From a virus (taxonomy: Duplodnaviria; Caudoviricetes): a stretch of 64,000 nucleotides of DNA. Location: positions 5,574-69,573 of the IMG/VR virus record IMGVR_UViG_3300043442_000931. One strand, written 5' to 3'. Made by a program: the position numbers and the translations under genes. The notes beneath the pieces are model-generated. The model was not told where the DNA came from and searched no databases. It saw only the letters and a program-made list of their open reading frames with translations. Below are positions 1 through 11,500 of this stretch, one piece after another (the stretch's first letter is position 1; every line of letters begins with the position of its first letter).

Positions 1-1832
1 TTGAACGTGGAACTCAATGTTGCCGCTCCAATATTGATACCTGGGGCATACACAAAAACGCTCTGGAATCCAGATGAACCTAGGACAGTTGTTCCCACAT
101 TCGAGTTTGATGTTGCCGTCTGTGTCAGTGTTGGCGTCGCTCGCATCGGTGCAGGTAGCGTCACACTGACACCAAGAGAGCCGCCGCTTGCAATGTAGCC
201 CAATTGATAGGCCAGCAGACCGACAGCAGCGTACCGCTGGCACAGCATCAGCTCCAGCCCATAACTCCTCCGCTCAAACGGAGTCGCCACGGTCCCAGCC
301 TCCAGTTGCACATCACCAATCGTCCAAGTGCCCGAGGTCTGAGCACCGACTGACAGCACAATCTCAATGCCGGTCGTGGCAGCAGCAGGAACAGCAATCT
401 GTGCGCTGTACCGCGTCACCGTGCTGTTGACGGTCCACGTTCCAGTAGCGATTTGTGTCCGAGTGGGACTAGCTAGAGTGCCGAAGGTGTCTGCCGTGTC
501 GGCATAGTAGGCAGTCCATGTGACCGTGGTCAGCAGGCTATTAGCAAGGTCTGCCGATAGGGTAGCGGTTGTGCCTGCCAAATCGGCACTGTTCAGTTGC
601 TCGATGCGCTGGGCGAAGGCGATGGCTGTGACGCTGGCAGCACCTGTGAAACGGTAGCGAAACGTCCCCGTTACAGCCCCCGTGACCCGCTGCCCGGCGA
701 CGTTTGCCCCGGTGCAGTAGGCGTACCAGCGGTCAACGGTGTAGGCGAGGGCTGCCCCGGCGGTGATGGTCTGGGCAGCACCGGCATTGCGCTGGTCGAT
801 CATCATCGAGCCATTGATGATGCGATTGCGGGTGCCTGCAATGGAACCACTATTGACCGAGACGAGGGCACCCCAAGCAGTTCCATAACCCTCAAATTGG
901 TTCAGTGTGCTGTTGTACCGAATCATCCCAGCACTGGGACTACCGGGCCTTTGCGCTGTGGTGCCTGCTGCTAATTTGATGGCGTCTGTGCTGGTCACGT
1001 CCAGGCGGCAGGATGGACTCGCTGTGCCAATCCCCACATTCCCGTTAGCAACCACCGTGAGTCGTTGAGATCCCCCCGTAGCTATGGAAAGTTGGTCAGC
1101 ACCAGGTGAATAGATGCCAGTATTGAGGTCTCCCGTCAGCGTTAGGGTCGGTGCGGCGGCTGTACCTAGAGAACCTAGGATGATTTGACCGTTAGCATCC
1201 AGCCGGAGTCGCTCTGTGGGAGTGCTGGCACCATCTGCCGTGGTGGAGAACACCAACCTCCCCGGCATATCATCCGCACCGGGGGTCGTGTCAACAACGA
1301 CACTAATTGAAGCCGCCTCAACAAATTGAGTGCCATCAGATCCCTGGAATGAAATTGACCCTAGGGAATCGCCGGACTGGACAACGGTAGTGGCACCAAC
1401 CGCCGTGCCTCGGGTTTTACCTAATACCAGGGCACCCCCGCCGGTGTCGTTTGAGTTACGGAACAGAGCCCCAATTGAGGTGCTGGTGGTTGTCCCCTCC
1501 ACCTGTAGAGCGGCAGTTGTAGAGGTGTTATACAGGTTGGCGCGGGCGTCGGTGCCCCCAACCAATACACGCCCAGAGCCATCGACCAGAGCGCGGTGAA
1601 CCCCTCCCGTGGAGAGACCGAGGGTGTTATCGGCTACGCGATAGAAACCAGTGTCAGGGTCCGTATCAAACGCCAGACCGGGTGCTGCTGCCGTTCCAGA
1701 GGAGGCATTTTTAAGGAGTACCCCCACCTCAATCTTTTTGGTTGCTGTGTTGGCGACATCAACAATCGGCAACACATCCGTCGGTGCGGGATCTGTGTAG
1801 GACGTAAGTGCCGTGATTTTAGTTCCAGTCAT
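1..1832 (-). CDS. Tail fibre / receptor-binding protein (partial, runs off the window edge; absent from the ORF track)
   Basis: Manual translation from ATG at 1832: MTGTKITALTSYTDPAPTDVLPIVDVANTATKKIEV..., GRLVFSTTADG...ERLRLDANG, TTAQRPGSPSAGMIRYN, NRIINGSMMIDQRN and VQLEPGPVATPFERR, all typical of cyanophage fibres; directly downstream of J. Confidence 0.8.
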   Translation of the reverse strand, partial: MTGTKITALTSYTDPAPTDVLPIVDVANTATKKIEVGVLLKNASSGTAAAPGLAFDTDPDTGFYRVADNTLGLSTGGVHRALVDGSGRVLVGGTDARANLYNTSTTAALQVEGTTTSTSIGALFRNSNDTGGGALVLGKTRGTAVGATTVVQSGDSLGSISFQGSDGTQFVEAASISVVVDTTPGADDMPGRLVFSTTADGASTPTERLRLDANGQIILGSLGTAAAPTLTLTGDLNTGIYSPGADQLSIATGGSQRLTVVANGNVGIGTASPSCRLDVTSTDAIKLAAGTTAQRPGSPSAGMIRYNSTLNQFEGYGTAWGALVSVNSGSIAGTRNRIINGSMMIDQRNAGAAQTITAGAALAYTVDRWYAYCTGANVAGQRVTGAVTGTFRYRFTGAASVTAIAFAQRIEQLNSADLAGTTATLSADLANSLLTTVTWTAYYADTADTFGTLASPTRTQIATGTWTVNSTVTRYSAQIAVPAAATTGIEIVLSVGAQTSGTWTIGDVQLEAGTVATPFERRSYGLELMLCQRYAAVGLLAYQLGYIASGGSLGVSVTLPAPMRATPTLTQTATSNSNVGTTVLGSSGFQSVFVYAPGINIGAATLSSTF

Positions 1833-1834
1833 TT

Positions 1835-4800
1835 TTAATACCCCTGAACCGTCACATCAACTGAACCCGCCACGCCTGTTCCGGCGGCATTCAAAACCTG
1901 AACCGTTACATAGGTGGTGGTCTTCGCTAGCACTTTCGCACTAACAGCTTCTGTCCCAATATCCTGAATAGTAACCTGTACGGACTTGATTGTGTGGAAG
2001 GTCTTTGTTAAGGGAATTTGTGTCCCAGCGGCGACAACCGACACATCGTTGAAATTCTCCAGTACATCTGGATAGTCCAACGTATAGGAGACGGCACTTA
2101 TCTCGCCCGGTGTTGTTCCGTCGGTTGATCGCACCAGCGTCTGCACCCCATAAATATCCTCGGTTAACTCCTCGCCCGACGAATATGGGTGGAATACCGA
2201 AGCTGCCAGCTTGCTAACCTCGATGGCCGAGTAGTCAAGATCCGTCTTGTTGAGGGAATCACCGGCCTCGGTCTGGAGTTCGTTGCCGCTTTCGTCGGCT
2301 AGTGCCACCTCCACCCCCGTCAGGGCTGCGATCCGGTGTTGCGTGGTAGCCGTGGCTGTCGTGGTTATTGTCAGTTGGCTCTTGATGTAATCGTTATCAA
2401 GCCGCCAATACACATAGGCGTCCTGGGCGGGGTCCACTTGCTTGAGGTATTTGGTGACGGTGTGCTGAAGGACGTTGGAATCCTCCGTTAGCAGATCCGC
2501 ACCCGTCTCGGTTCTAAGATCCGCGACATCTGTGACTTCGCAGTTTATGTATTCGTTGGTGCTTGCATCCAGATTCCAGGCGACGGTATTTACAACGTTT
2601 GCCGTTAGCTTGTCTACTAGATGGACGGTGATGAACACGACCTTGTCTGAGACCCAGCCCGTCTGATCAGAAGCCCTCAGCAGGATTGTGTTCTCCCCAG
2701 ATGTGGCGAATAGCGTTGTCTCAAACCATGTCCGAGTGCCCGATACGCTATCCAAGGCAATAGCCTGATCCCACGCCTTCAGGAGTGCAGCATCCGTTGC
2801 ACTCTCCAGGTCGGTATTGATATACCGCAGCACATAGGACTTGATGTCAGAGACAATATTGTCCTTCCATGTCGTGTATGTTGACTTGGGTAGCTGCCAG
2901 GAGAATCGCTTTGTTCTGTTGTCGCTATTCAGAATAACAGTGAAGTTTGTTGGGGTGGGGGGTGCTATCTCCGCCCTCTCAATTTTGTCGGTTATGTATT
3001 TTGTGAATGTCTCACCAGAAATGTTGGAGGTAAAGTTAACTCTCACATCATAGGTAGACAGGGCCTTGAATTCAATATTGTATTCTCCGGTGAGTGTTAC
3101 GGAGTCGGAGAGTAGATACCAGCCGTCTTTGTCTGGTTTAGTATCACCTGGGATCGTTACACCGGCCTCTGGTTTTACCCAAACGGCATAGCCCTTTATG
3201 CGTTCAATGACGGGGGCAGTGCCTCGATCAATCTTCAGCTTGTGGCGACCATCCGAAAGGTTCTCGTGGGTAAGTTTTGCCTTGTAGGTACTGCTGGACA
3301 GATCCGCGACAGCGTCAAAGCCGTCCACCGTCACCTGAGCCCAATTGGACTGCTGTCCCAGACGATTTCTGGACGCAGCCCGAAACTCATAAGTGGTGCC
3401 CAGGGTGTAACTGGGAAGACTCACATCCCCATAGGTGTAGAGGGTATCCCCAATGCGCTGCCAAGCATTCGAGTCTTTGACTCGGTACTCCAGCCGGTAT
3501 TCGGCGATTTGGGGATCATCGATCCCGTTGACCTGGGGGGCTGTCCATGTTGCATATATGCGAGTGCGCCCGTTTTTGTAATCCAATTTCGCGGACAGGT
3601 TGCTCGGAGCGTCAACGTCTCGGATGAGGAAGCGGTCCTTGGGGACCGTCACAACGCTGTCCTTGTCGATGTAGTCGTAGGACGAGGCATTGTATTGCAG
3701 TGCCTCGATCTGAAATACCATTGGCTCAACTTCAGAGAGCCCCAGGATCCGATATAGCCGGGCCTGCATATCGGTCCATTCCAGCACCCAGATCGAGCCT
3801 GCCACCCCTGAGACCGCTGCGCTGCATGTAAGGGTGGTTCGACCGCTGCTGTCCGTAGAGAAGCTGCTAACCGTGCGCTCTTGCAGTTGAGGTCGTACTG
3901 AGGTGGTGCTATCGCCGTTGGTGACGGTTTCCCCATCGGGGACAACCACCGTCACGGTATAGGTCGTATTTGAATTCAGAGAGAGTGTGGCATCCAGGGT
4001 TATGGTTTTGTCGCTGACACTGACAATGCGACCTCCAAGACGCTGCCCCTGGCGCACCGGATCGGCAATCTGAATAATGTCACCGATGCCTGATGCAAGA
4101 CCCTCAGCCCCCACCTTAAATGTAACCTTGTCCGTCAGGTAGCGGTTTGCAAATAAGGCAAATTTAGCCGCACGGAGTGCTTGTCCCCGAGAAGTGACAC
4201 CCAGCAATCTCAGGTCCGTTGGATTGTAGCCGTAGCGTCGGAGTAGTTCATCATCCTGCAAGTACTCCGAAACAGCATTGTAGTTTTGATCAGGATCGTC
4301 CCAGGAGGCAATCACTACCGATTTGCGTGCTGTTCTGGACGAACCTTGGTAGACAAAAGGTGGAGCTGTTATGTTGCCATTATCATCGGTCTCTTGGATT
4401 ACGTTGGCTTCCGTGAATTGCTGAACGGGGGTGCCGGGCTTGTCCTGACTCAAGAAAAGCTTGCCTTGGGAGTAGTAAATCAGCCCTCGGAAGCACGATG
4501 CCAACGCATTCAGAACCTCAAATACGCTCCCTTCGTTCTGTAGGTAAACGTTGCAGCGGAAGCGAGGCTCAGTTCCCCCTTTGCCGTTCGATACGCTTTC
4601 GTCGCAATATTTGGCAATTTCCAGCAGCTTCCACTTGTCCACATCTGCGGTGGATAGATAACGCTTTACCCCAAATATCGGGTTGACTACAATGTCTCTG
4701 AAAATCCAAGCCGGATTATCTGTCCAGGCTGTTTTCCAAGTACCGTCCCAGGTGCCATCGTAGGTGCGCTTGGTGGGATCATAGTTTTTCGGGACTTGTA

Positions 4801-6022
4801 TGCGGCGACCCTTGAGGCGAACCTGTACGCTGGGGATACTGGAAAATTGCCGAGAATCTACTTTGATCCCCAACACGGCTGAGTTGGGATATGACAGCTT
4901 TTCATCAATGATCTCTGTGTAGGCTTGCCAAATAATTGAGTTTGAGAGATAAGTTGATGTACTGTCTGCGGTGAGCCTTTCGACTTTGATGTCCCAGGGG
5001 GCACTACCTGTTAGCTCAAATTCATAGGCTCTCTGGAACTGACCGGAAGACTTACCCTCGACTTTGGGTGTGGATTTTGTAGAGTAAGCGCCCCCGTTGG
5101 CAGAGACGCTGATGCGATATTCCACCGCAGTTGCATTGATGTCACCCTTGTCGGGACTGATGCTCTGTAGAGCCGGATGCTGGATAATAACCCGCACCTT
5201 CTCCACATCAGGATCTGTTACCCGTCTTATGACAGGGCCAATGTCCTTGGAGACTTCGACGCCAACGCTGATGGTGTTGTCTGCTTGAACGAAACCCTTT
5301 AATGGGTCTTGCGTATCAGTGCCACTCTTATACTCAATGGTTACGTCTTTGAAATTGTAGGTATTTCCATCAGACCGCTGTATAGGCGTACCATCGAGCA
5401 GAATGTCGCGCTCGGCACTAGTGGGAAACCCTTCAACTTCTCCCTCAGACAACAGGAATACTGTTTTCGCAAACGCAACGGAAAACAGATTGTTCGCCGC
5501 CTCGACGGGTGTGCGGGAAGCACCACCGCCGCCCTTTCCGCCCCCGTCTCCACCAGCCCCTGTAATGGGGCCTGCCAGACCGGCATTATGGACTCGGAAA
5601 CCACCCGCAATAAAGGTGTGCTGCTGCTGGACGGTCAGGTTGTAGACCGTGGTGGGCTCCAAGGTTTCGCGAGACAGGATGGGCCGTAGGTGCCCTCGGT
5701 CATCCACCAGACAGTCATCCGGCCCCAGCGTCCCAATTGCCACAAAGGCATTGAACTGGTTGAGTACCCAGTGGTTGTCGGTGATGTCGAGAGCGCCTCC
5801 ACCCCAGATGTGGTAGCGGCTGACGGGATGGTTTTCGTGGACGTGGACGGCCAGCACCGTGGCATGGTGGAACTGGCCTTGGTCATCAAACGAGACCACC
5901 AGATCGCCGGGCTGGAGAGTGCCTATTGGCACGGACCCAGATGGAGTGAGGACGGGTACATGGCAGGGGAAGCAACCATCACCACCAGCCCCCTGAATCT
6001 CCTGCCCTTCGATATAGTCCAC
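1835..6022 (-). CDS. Tail tip / host specificity protein J with N-terminal Hint domain and FN3-like repeats
   Basis: Lambda J-like motifs (LLSEGEVEG, YPNSAVLG, WTDNPAWIFRD, EPRFRCNVY); last gene of an M-L-K-I-J module. Confidence 0.9.
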   Translation of the reverse strand: MDYIEGQEIQGAGGDGCFPCHVPVLTPSGSVPIGTLQPGDLVVSFDDQGQFHHATVLAVHVHENHPVSRYHIWGGGALDITDNHWVLNQFNAFVAIGTLGPDDCLVDDRGHLRPILSRETLEPTTVYNLTVQQQHTFIAGGFRVHNAGLAGPITGAGGDGGGKGGGGASRTPVEAANNLFSVAFAKTVFLLSEGEVEGFPTSAERDILLDGTPIQRSDGNTYNFKDVTIEYKSGTDTQDPLKGFVQADNTISVGVEVSKDIGPVIRRVTDPDVEKVRVIIQHPALQSISPDKGDINATAVEYRISVSANGGAYSTKSTPKVEGKSSGQFQRAYEFELTGSAPWDIKVERLTADSTSTYLSNSIIWQAYTEIIDEKLSYPNSAVLGIKVDSRQFSSIPSVQVRLKGRRIQVPKNYDPTKRTYDGTWDGTWKTAWTDNPAWIFRDIVVNPIFGVKRYLSTADVDKWKLLEIAKYCDESVSNGKGGTEPRFRCNVYLQNEGSVFEVLNALASCFRGLIYYSQGKLFLSQDKPGTPVQQFTEANVIQETDDNGNITAPPFVYQGSSRTARKSVVIASWDDPDQNYNAVSEYLQDDELLRRYGYNPTDLRLLGVTSRGQALRAAKFALFANRYLTDKVTFKVGAEGLASGIGDIIQIADPVRQGQRLGGRIVSVSDKTITLDATLSLNSNTTYTVTVVVPDGETVTNGDSTTSVRPQLQERTVSSFSTDSSGRTTLTCSAAVSGVAGSIWVLEWTDMQARLYRILGLSEVEPMVFQIEALQYNASSYDYIDKDSVVTVPKDRFLIRDVDAPSNLSAKLDYKNGRTRIYATWTAPQVNGIDDPQIAEYRLEYRVKDSNAWQRIGDTLYTYGDVSLPSYTLGTTYEFRAASRNRLGQQSNWAQVTVDGFDAVADLSSSTYKAKLTHENLSDGRHKLKIDRGTAPVIERIKGYAVWVKPEAGVTIPGDTKPDKDGWYLLSDSVTLTGEYNIEFKALSTYDVRVNFTSNISGETFTKYITDKIERAEIAPPTPTNFTVILNSDNRTKRFSWQLPKSTYTTWKDNIVSDIKSYVLRYINTDLESATDAALLKAWDQAIALDSVSGTRTWFETTLFATSGENTILLRASDQTGWVSDKVVFITVHLVDKLTANVVNTVAWNLDASTNEYINCEVTDVADLRTETGADLLTEDSNVLQHTVTKYLKQVDPAQDAYVYWRLDNDYIKSQLTITTTATATTQHRIAALTGVEVALADESGNELQTEAGDSLNKTDLDYSAIEVSKLAASVFHPYSSGEELTEDIYGVQTLVRSTDGTTPGEISAVSYTLDYPDVLENFNDVSVVAAGTQIPLTKTFHTIKSVQVTIQDIGTEAVSAKVLAKTTTYVTVQVLNAAGTGVAGSVDVTVQGY
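5585..5974 (-). other. Mini-intein / bacterial intein-like (Hint) domain, 130 aa, no endonuclease
   Basis: Starts CFPCHVPVLTP, has block B (TDNHWV), ends VYNLTV...FIAGGFRVHN; the +1 residue is Ala. Confidence 0.85.
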
Positions 6023-6034
6023 CGTCGCGTCTCC

Positions 6035-6604
6035 CTACAGGCTGTTTTTGAGTTCAATGCCGAAGCTAAGGACCGGCATATTGCCAATAATCCGTTCTCC
6101 GTAAAGCACGGGAATCACCCCTCCTTGTTGGGTGTTCACGTTGGAGCGGTCGAACGTAAAACTGTTTTTCTGGTTATCGTTTCGAGTGGGAGTTATGGGT
6201 GTCGGGGTGATGAGTTGGGCGATGCCACCAAAAATCATGCCAACCCCCGCCAGGACGAACGGAGTACCGCCACCCACCGTCCCGAACGAAACCAATGCCC
6301 CCACCGCAATCAGGGCAGCCCCCCCCAGAATCCGCCCTACGGCCCCTCGCCCGGCAGGCTGCGGAGCAATCACCAGCCGTTGACTACAGGGCCAGTGCAG
6401 CCCTTCTTCATCCAGCCCTTGGGAATCTTCCGTAACTACTCGCCAGACAATGCCTGCTTCGTGCGAGTCACGAATGTACTCGCGCAGACCGGGGATCTGG
6501 CTCATGAGTGCCCGCAGCCCCTCGGCAGCAGTTTGGATATCCAAACGAAATTCGCGCCCGAATCGACGCCCCAGTTCACCCAGCAGCTTGACGGTCGTCA
6601 GCAT
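6035..6604 (-). CDS. Tail assembly protein I (ubiquitin-like fold)
   Basis: VKLLGELGRRFGREF...TAAEGLRAL and C-terminal QGGVIPVLYGE; ATG at 6604 preferred. Confidence 0.85.
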   Translation of the reverse strand: MLTTVKLLGELGRRFGREFRLDIQTAAEGLRALMSQIPGLREYIRDSHEAGIVWRVVTEDSQGLDEEGLHWPCSQRLVIAPQPAGRGAVGRILGGAALIAVGALVSFGTVGGGTPFVLAGVGMIFGGIAQLITPTPITPTRNDNQKNSFTFDRSNVNTQQGGVIPVLYGERIIGNMPVLSFGIELKNSL

Positions 6605-7326
6605 AGTTGTGTGTGCCTCACAGCCATATAAGTGCTCTCGCGAAGCCAATGAGAATATAACCCCAGTTCAGCCATCCTATTGACCATGTGATGAAATAGC
6701 AGCCCGGCCCCCGGATCTTCCACAATTGCCACATGGTTACAGGTGGAATCGTTTCGGATACGAAAGAACAGCACGTCGCCGCGCTGTAATTCATCCAGCC
6801 CCACTTCAATACCACCTTCTCGGCGGAAATTGTCTTCAAAATGGGTGAACATTGCGCTATGCCACTCCCCTTCAGCTTTGCGGGGATAGTCCCCCAGCGC
6901 AATGTTTTTTTCCTGCCAGAACCAATCGCGCACTGCTGCATAACAATCGTGGACACCATAGGTCCAGGGTCTGCCCACCAATCCGGCACTTTGGCGAGGG
7001 TCTAACCAGTAACTCACTGAGGACGAACAGTCCCACATAGCGAAGGGAAGCCCCAACGCTTTGCAGGATCGAATATCCGCCTCAGAGAACCGTGGATAGT
7101 TGGCATGGGTGTGCCAAACAGCAGCGATTTCCTCGTCATACCGCGCATAATCCTGGGAGCTGATTACGAACTGATCGGGAATGGTGCTACGATTATCCAG
7201 CTCTATCAGCTCTCCCGAATTGAGGATGAAACCGCACGCTTCATTGGGGTGGGCACGTTCTGCGGCAGTGCGCAAAAAATGCTGCTGAGAACCCGCCAGA
7301 GGATTTGTGTACGAGGAGAGTACCAT
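6598..7326 (-). CDS. Tail assembly protein K (JAB/MPN plus NlpC/P60)
   Basis: HPNEACG, WHTH...FSEAD (JAB); HDCYAAVRD and NHVAI (NlpC/P60). Confidence 0.9.
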   Translation of the reverse strand: MVLSSYTNPLAGSQQHFLRTAAERAHPNEACGFILNSGELIELDNRSTIPDQFVISSQDYARYDEEIAAVWHTHANYPRFSEADIRSCKALGLPFAMWDCSSSVSYWLDPRQSAGLVGRPWTYGVHDCYAAVRDWFWQEKNIALGDYPRKAEGEWHSAMFTHFEDNFRREGGIEVGLDELQRGDVLFFRIRNDSTCNHVAIVEDPGAGLLFHHMVNRMAELGLYSHWLRESTYMAVRHTQLC

Positions 7327-7327
7327 G

Positions 7328-8035
7328 CTAGCCTTGCCTATCTACTAGCCCCGGAAATCCGCCAAACGGCAATCGGGTTGCTGACCCAAATCGTAACTTA
7401 CAGGACGCCAAACGTTTACCACAAACGTCCTTTGCCGAGTCTGTCACTGAGGTGTCGTTCACGTCCCAGTAACTCGTTCCGGTGTACCCGCATCCCGTCG
7501 CACTCTTGTAGGTCCATTGGCACTGTTCGCGCAGCAATCGCCGAGCTGGTAGTGTCTGACCCTCCAGGTCAAAGGGAACTGCAAGCTGCCATGTGGTCAT
7601 GATTTTGTCCTCTCGAACCCGTTGTTCGACCACATAAATATCCGGTCCGAAGTAGGCATCGGGATCAGCCTTATCAGCCCCATCCAGATAACAGGTCAGG
7701 GTTCGCAGCCGCTCCACCGTCGCTCCCACCAGATCCCCATGAGTGTTGATCAGGCTGGTGATGCCTAGTCCCACGTTCGCTAGCGTGATCGTCGGTCTGG
7801 CTAATTGTTGACTGCCGCCAGTCTCAAACCCAGACGCTTCCAGCGGAATCGCCGTATAGGTGATTGTCTTGTAGACCACATCCTGACCGTTGGTGGTGGT
7901 CCAGTTACAGAAGTAGTAAATCTTCTGAGCAGTGGTGTCTGTGGGTAGGATCGCTGTCAAATCAACCTTGAACAAATCTATTGGTTGAGATATGCTTCGC
8001 TTTGTTAGTTCAGCGAGAAAAGGTTTCTGAGCCAT
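7328..8035 (-). CDS. Minor tail protein L
   Basis: RPTITLANV, Cys cluster CQWTYKS...CGY...DVCGKRLASCKLRFG, LPFGGFPG. Confidence 0.92.
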   Translation of the reverse strand: MAQKPFLAELTKRSISQPIDLFKVDLTAILPTDTTAQKIYYFCNWTTTNGQDVVYKTITYTAIPLEASGFETGGSQQLARPTITLANVGLGITSLINTHGDLVGATVERLRTLTCYLDGADKADPDAYFGPDIYVVEQRVREDKIMTTWQLAVPFDLEGQTLPARRLLREQCQWTYKSATGCGYTGTSYWDVNDTSVTDSAKDVCGKRLASCKLRFGSATRLPFGGFPGLVDRQG

Positions 8036-8037
8036 GA

Positions 8038-8589
8038 CTAAACGTAAACTCGCTTGATTTCAAATGACATCACATAGGTGGAACCAGAAAGCTGAGAGAT
8101 GGTCCATTCATTCTGAAGCTGGTAACTTCGAGCAGCAAGCGTAACGGTCGCGGTTACGTTGGTATCTTTCGGGACATCGACTCGCGTCAATACCCCTGTA
8201 TTCAGATTAACGGTGTAGTTGGTGGGGCTGGTGTAGTCCGCTAGTGAAACCGAGGCCAGATTCCGATAGCCGAGGGTATAAGAGTCCGTCGTGAAACGGA
8301 TCGGAAATTTCTTTGTGGCGTCTGGGGGTGTCCATGAAAAGGGTGCGCCGCGTGTACGCATTAGCCAGGATTCCAGCCCGTTAGTTTCCTCTTGGGACAT
8401 GGGAGCTGTGCGAATGGACCACCGCTCAATATCGGAGTTGGGGCCGTCGATCTGGGTCTGGTTATACCCGTCACCAAAGGAAATCGTTTTGACGCGCATG
8501 GCGCGGCTGACCGTCGCCTCAATGGTAAGGCGTAGGTTGTCAACCTCGAAGTAGGCCGATTTGGCCTCCTGATAGGTCTTGAGTGCCAC
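8038..8589 (-). CDS. Minor tail / distal tail protein M
   Basis: ISFGDGYNQ...GPN, PFSWTPP; position after the tape measure gene. Confidence 0.85.
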   Translation of the reverse strand: MALKTYQEAKSAYFEVDNLRLTIEATVSRAMRVKTISFGDGYNQTQIDGPNSDIERWSIRTAPMSQEETNGLESWLMRTRGAPFSWTPPDATKKFPIRFTTDSYTLGYRNLASVSLADYTSPTNYTVNLNTGVLTRVDVPKDTNVTATVTLAARSYQLQNEWTISQLSGSTYVMSFEIKRVYV

Positions 8590-11500
8590 TAGCGGAAACC
8601 TCCTTGGCGCAGAACGCCACCTGAGCGGGTCTGGCGGACGATCTCCTCAACGGCGATGGCTCTCGCTTGGTTGGCGATCGAGCGTTGGGCCTCGACGGAG
8701 AGGGTCTCGCCCGTGTTCTGGACCGAGATGTTGACGGATCCGATCTGGACGCCACCAGCCCCACCTCCGGCGAGTTGGACGGGGATGGATTTGCCGTCGG
8801 GGAGCGGGACCACGGCCTCGTTGTAGCGGCCCTCGCCCACCAGCCCCAGAGTGGGGGTGTTGACGATGCCGCCAGTGGCGAATGCCTTGAAACCGCCACG
8901 GGCGATGCCGCCGTTGGCGAAGCCCAGCGCGGGGTTGAAGGAAAGCCCTGACGCTCCCCAACTGAGATCGGTCGCCGCTCCTAGGAATCCACTTCCCGCA
9001 GACCCGAAAGCGCCACCAGCACCTCCCAACAGGTCAAACAGCCCAAACCCACCGCCTGCACTAACGCCGCCACCCGGAACCAACCCAGGAATCACCTTGC
9101 CCAGGAAGCCAAGAATCCCATCGCCCGCCTGTTTGGCCGACAGGTCCAGCAGGTACTTGCCCAGGCTGTTGAAGAAGTTGCCTGCTGCCTGACGGATGGC
9201 GTCCCAGAAGCTGGTGCCTGCCTGGGCGGCTTGGTCAAAGCCAGAGATGACATCAGTAAACAAGTTGCTGAATCCACCCCGCAGTTGCTCAACCAGTTGG
9301 ACCTGTTGCTGGAGGGCAGCACCCTCACGCAGAGCGGCGGCGTACTTCTCGCGAACTTCGGGACTGAATACAGCACCACTCTGGATTTCCTGCTGGCGGA
9401 TTTGGGCTTCCTCGGGACTGATTTGACCCAGGGCCGCTTGCAACTGGACACGGCTAGACAGATTGGTTTTGTCCTGATTGGCTAGGTTCTGAGCCAGTTG
9501 CAACTGTTTGGTAGAGTCTGCCGCCTTGATCAGTGTCTCCGCTAACTGCTCCAGCAGCTCACTCAGCGTCTTGGCACCCTTGCCGGATTGCTCTAGAGCG
9601 GTAGTCAGCAGCTTTTCCTGATCTGCGGTCAGGACGCCTTCTGCCGCAAAGCGTTTGATCTCCTGTATTGAAACGGCTTGGTCTCCAATCCCTGCCAGGG
9701 AAGTGCGAATAGCCGCCAACTGGTCAGCACCACCTACCGCATCCATTAGCGGCTTCTGCTTCAGATACTGCTCATAGGCTTGAGGGCCTTGCAGGATTGC
9801 CTGGATTTCAGCATCGTTGGCTGTCATCTCGGCTAACGTTTGCGGGATATTCGCCAGGGCTGTTGCGGTGCGCTTGAGCACAGCCTGGAGTGTGACTACC
9901 TTGCGGGCCGCATTTGCCAGCTCTACGGCTCCCAGGTCGGTGGCTGAATAGCCTTGCGGAAATAGCGTTTTGAATGCCTGCTCGACTTCTTCCTTGATGG
10001 AGCTGACTGTGCCACCCAGCCCAGCTTTGTAATTGGCAATTTCCTGGGTGACTGCCTCTAGGTCGTCAGCCAGCTTAGTACCACTCTCGGTGAATACATC
10101 GCTCTTTAGGGCTTTCTGGATTTGGGCATTAGCTTCTCTCAGGAAGCTGGGATCATATAGTCGTCTTTTGCCCTCTTCTAGAATTTTTATCAGCTTGAAT
10201 AGCTCGTCAACCAGTCCTTGTTCGCCTTGAGCATATAGCTGGCTAACCAATGCATTGAATTGGCTGATGGTGGTGCTGAAACGCTCTCTAGCTCGGCCAT
10301 AGGCTTCGTATTCACGTAGTTCTCGGGCTGCGTTGTAGCGTTCCTGGGGGGTGCGGGCTGTGGATACTGCCAAACGTTTGGCGTTTTCGCTGCCTTTGTC
10401 GTTGGCTGTGTTCTGTAGCCCAAACAGAATGCGCTGGGCGTAACGGGCTCCTGGGCTGGGGGAGCGGGATACCACAGCCAGGGCTTGCTGGAGAGCCCCA
10501 CGTAGTGTGCCTTGGGCCTGTTGTTCCGATTGCAGGGCTGTCCCCTCCAGCTTCAAGCCACGAAGGGGATCGACCTGGGCCAGGGCTTTCAGGCTGGGGT
10601 CAGAATCAGCGATTGCTACGGGGTTCAGCTTTTGACGGGCTAGTTGCTTGCGCTGCGCCAGACTCAGGTAAGGGGTGGAATACTGGTCCCGATACAAATC
10701 CTGAAAGTAGCTGAATGCCAGATTTGAAAACTGCTTGGCTTTTGCAGCATCTTTTGTAGACGCCGCTCCCACCAGATCAAGCACAGCCTTAGGTTCTTTG
10801 CCTGCAAATATACCCTCAGTCTGTAAATAGGCTTCGATGCCTTTCAACTGTAGGGCGGGATTGCTGGCAAGCTCTCTGTAGTTTATGCCCTGGCCGGTAT
10901 ACTGCTTGTACTGGTCTGCGGTAAGTGTCAAGCCTGCGGATCGGAGGGCTTTGGCCAGCAGCTTAATGTCTGTTGCAGGCTTAAGCCCCGGCAGCTCAAT
11001 GCCCTCCAGAATCGCTTGAATAATACGGGCTTGGCGCACCTGATTCAGCCAGGATTTGCGTTGGATTTCGGCGATGTCTTCCTGGGATTTGCGAATCTGA
11101 CGCTGTAAGTCCAGTTCGCGGTCCCGTTTCTCATCTGCTAAACCCAACAGTTGGGATGATTCCTCGTTGATGCCCTCGATGCGTTTCTGTAGTTCGGTCT
11201 TGATGGAGTTGCGTCGAATATCGGCAGCTTCGACCTCGGCTTCCTTCACCTTGCGGGCGGCATCAGCCTGGACCTGGGAGGCTTCGGTGAACTTATCTAG
11301 GACGGACTTGCCTGCGTCCTGGGCGAGGTTTCTGGCCAGCTCCACTGCTCGGAGCTGCTCTTGGAAGTCGGGAGCCGTGGGCGAGGATGCACGGAGCCTT
11401 TCCTGTAGCTTCTGGACGATTTCCTCGATTTTTGCGCTGGTGGCTTCGACGGTGCCTGTGAAGATGCCTGCGAGGTCACGCTTGGCGTCCTGGCCTTGTC

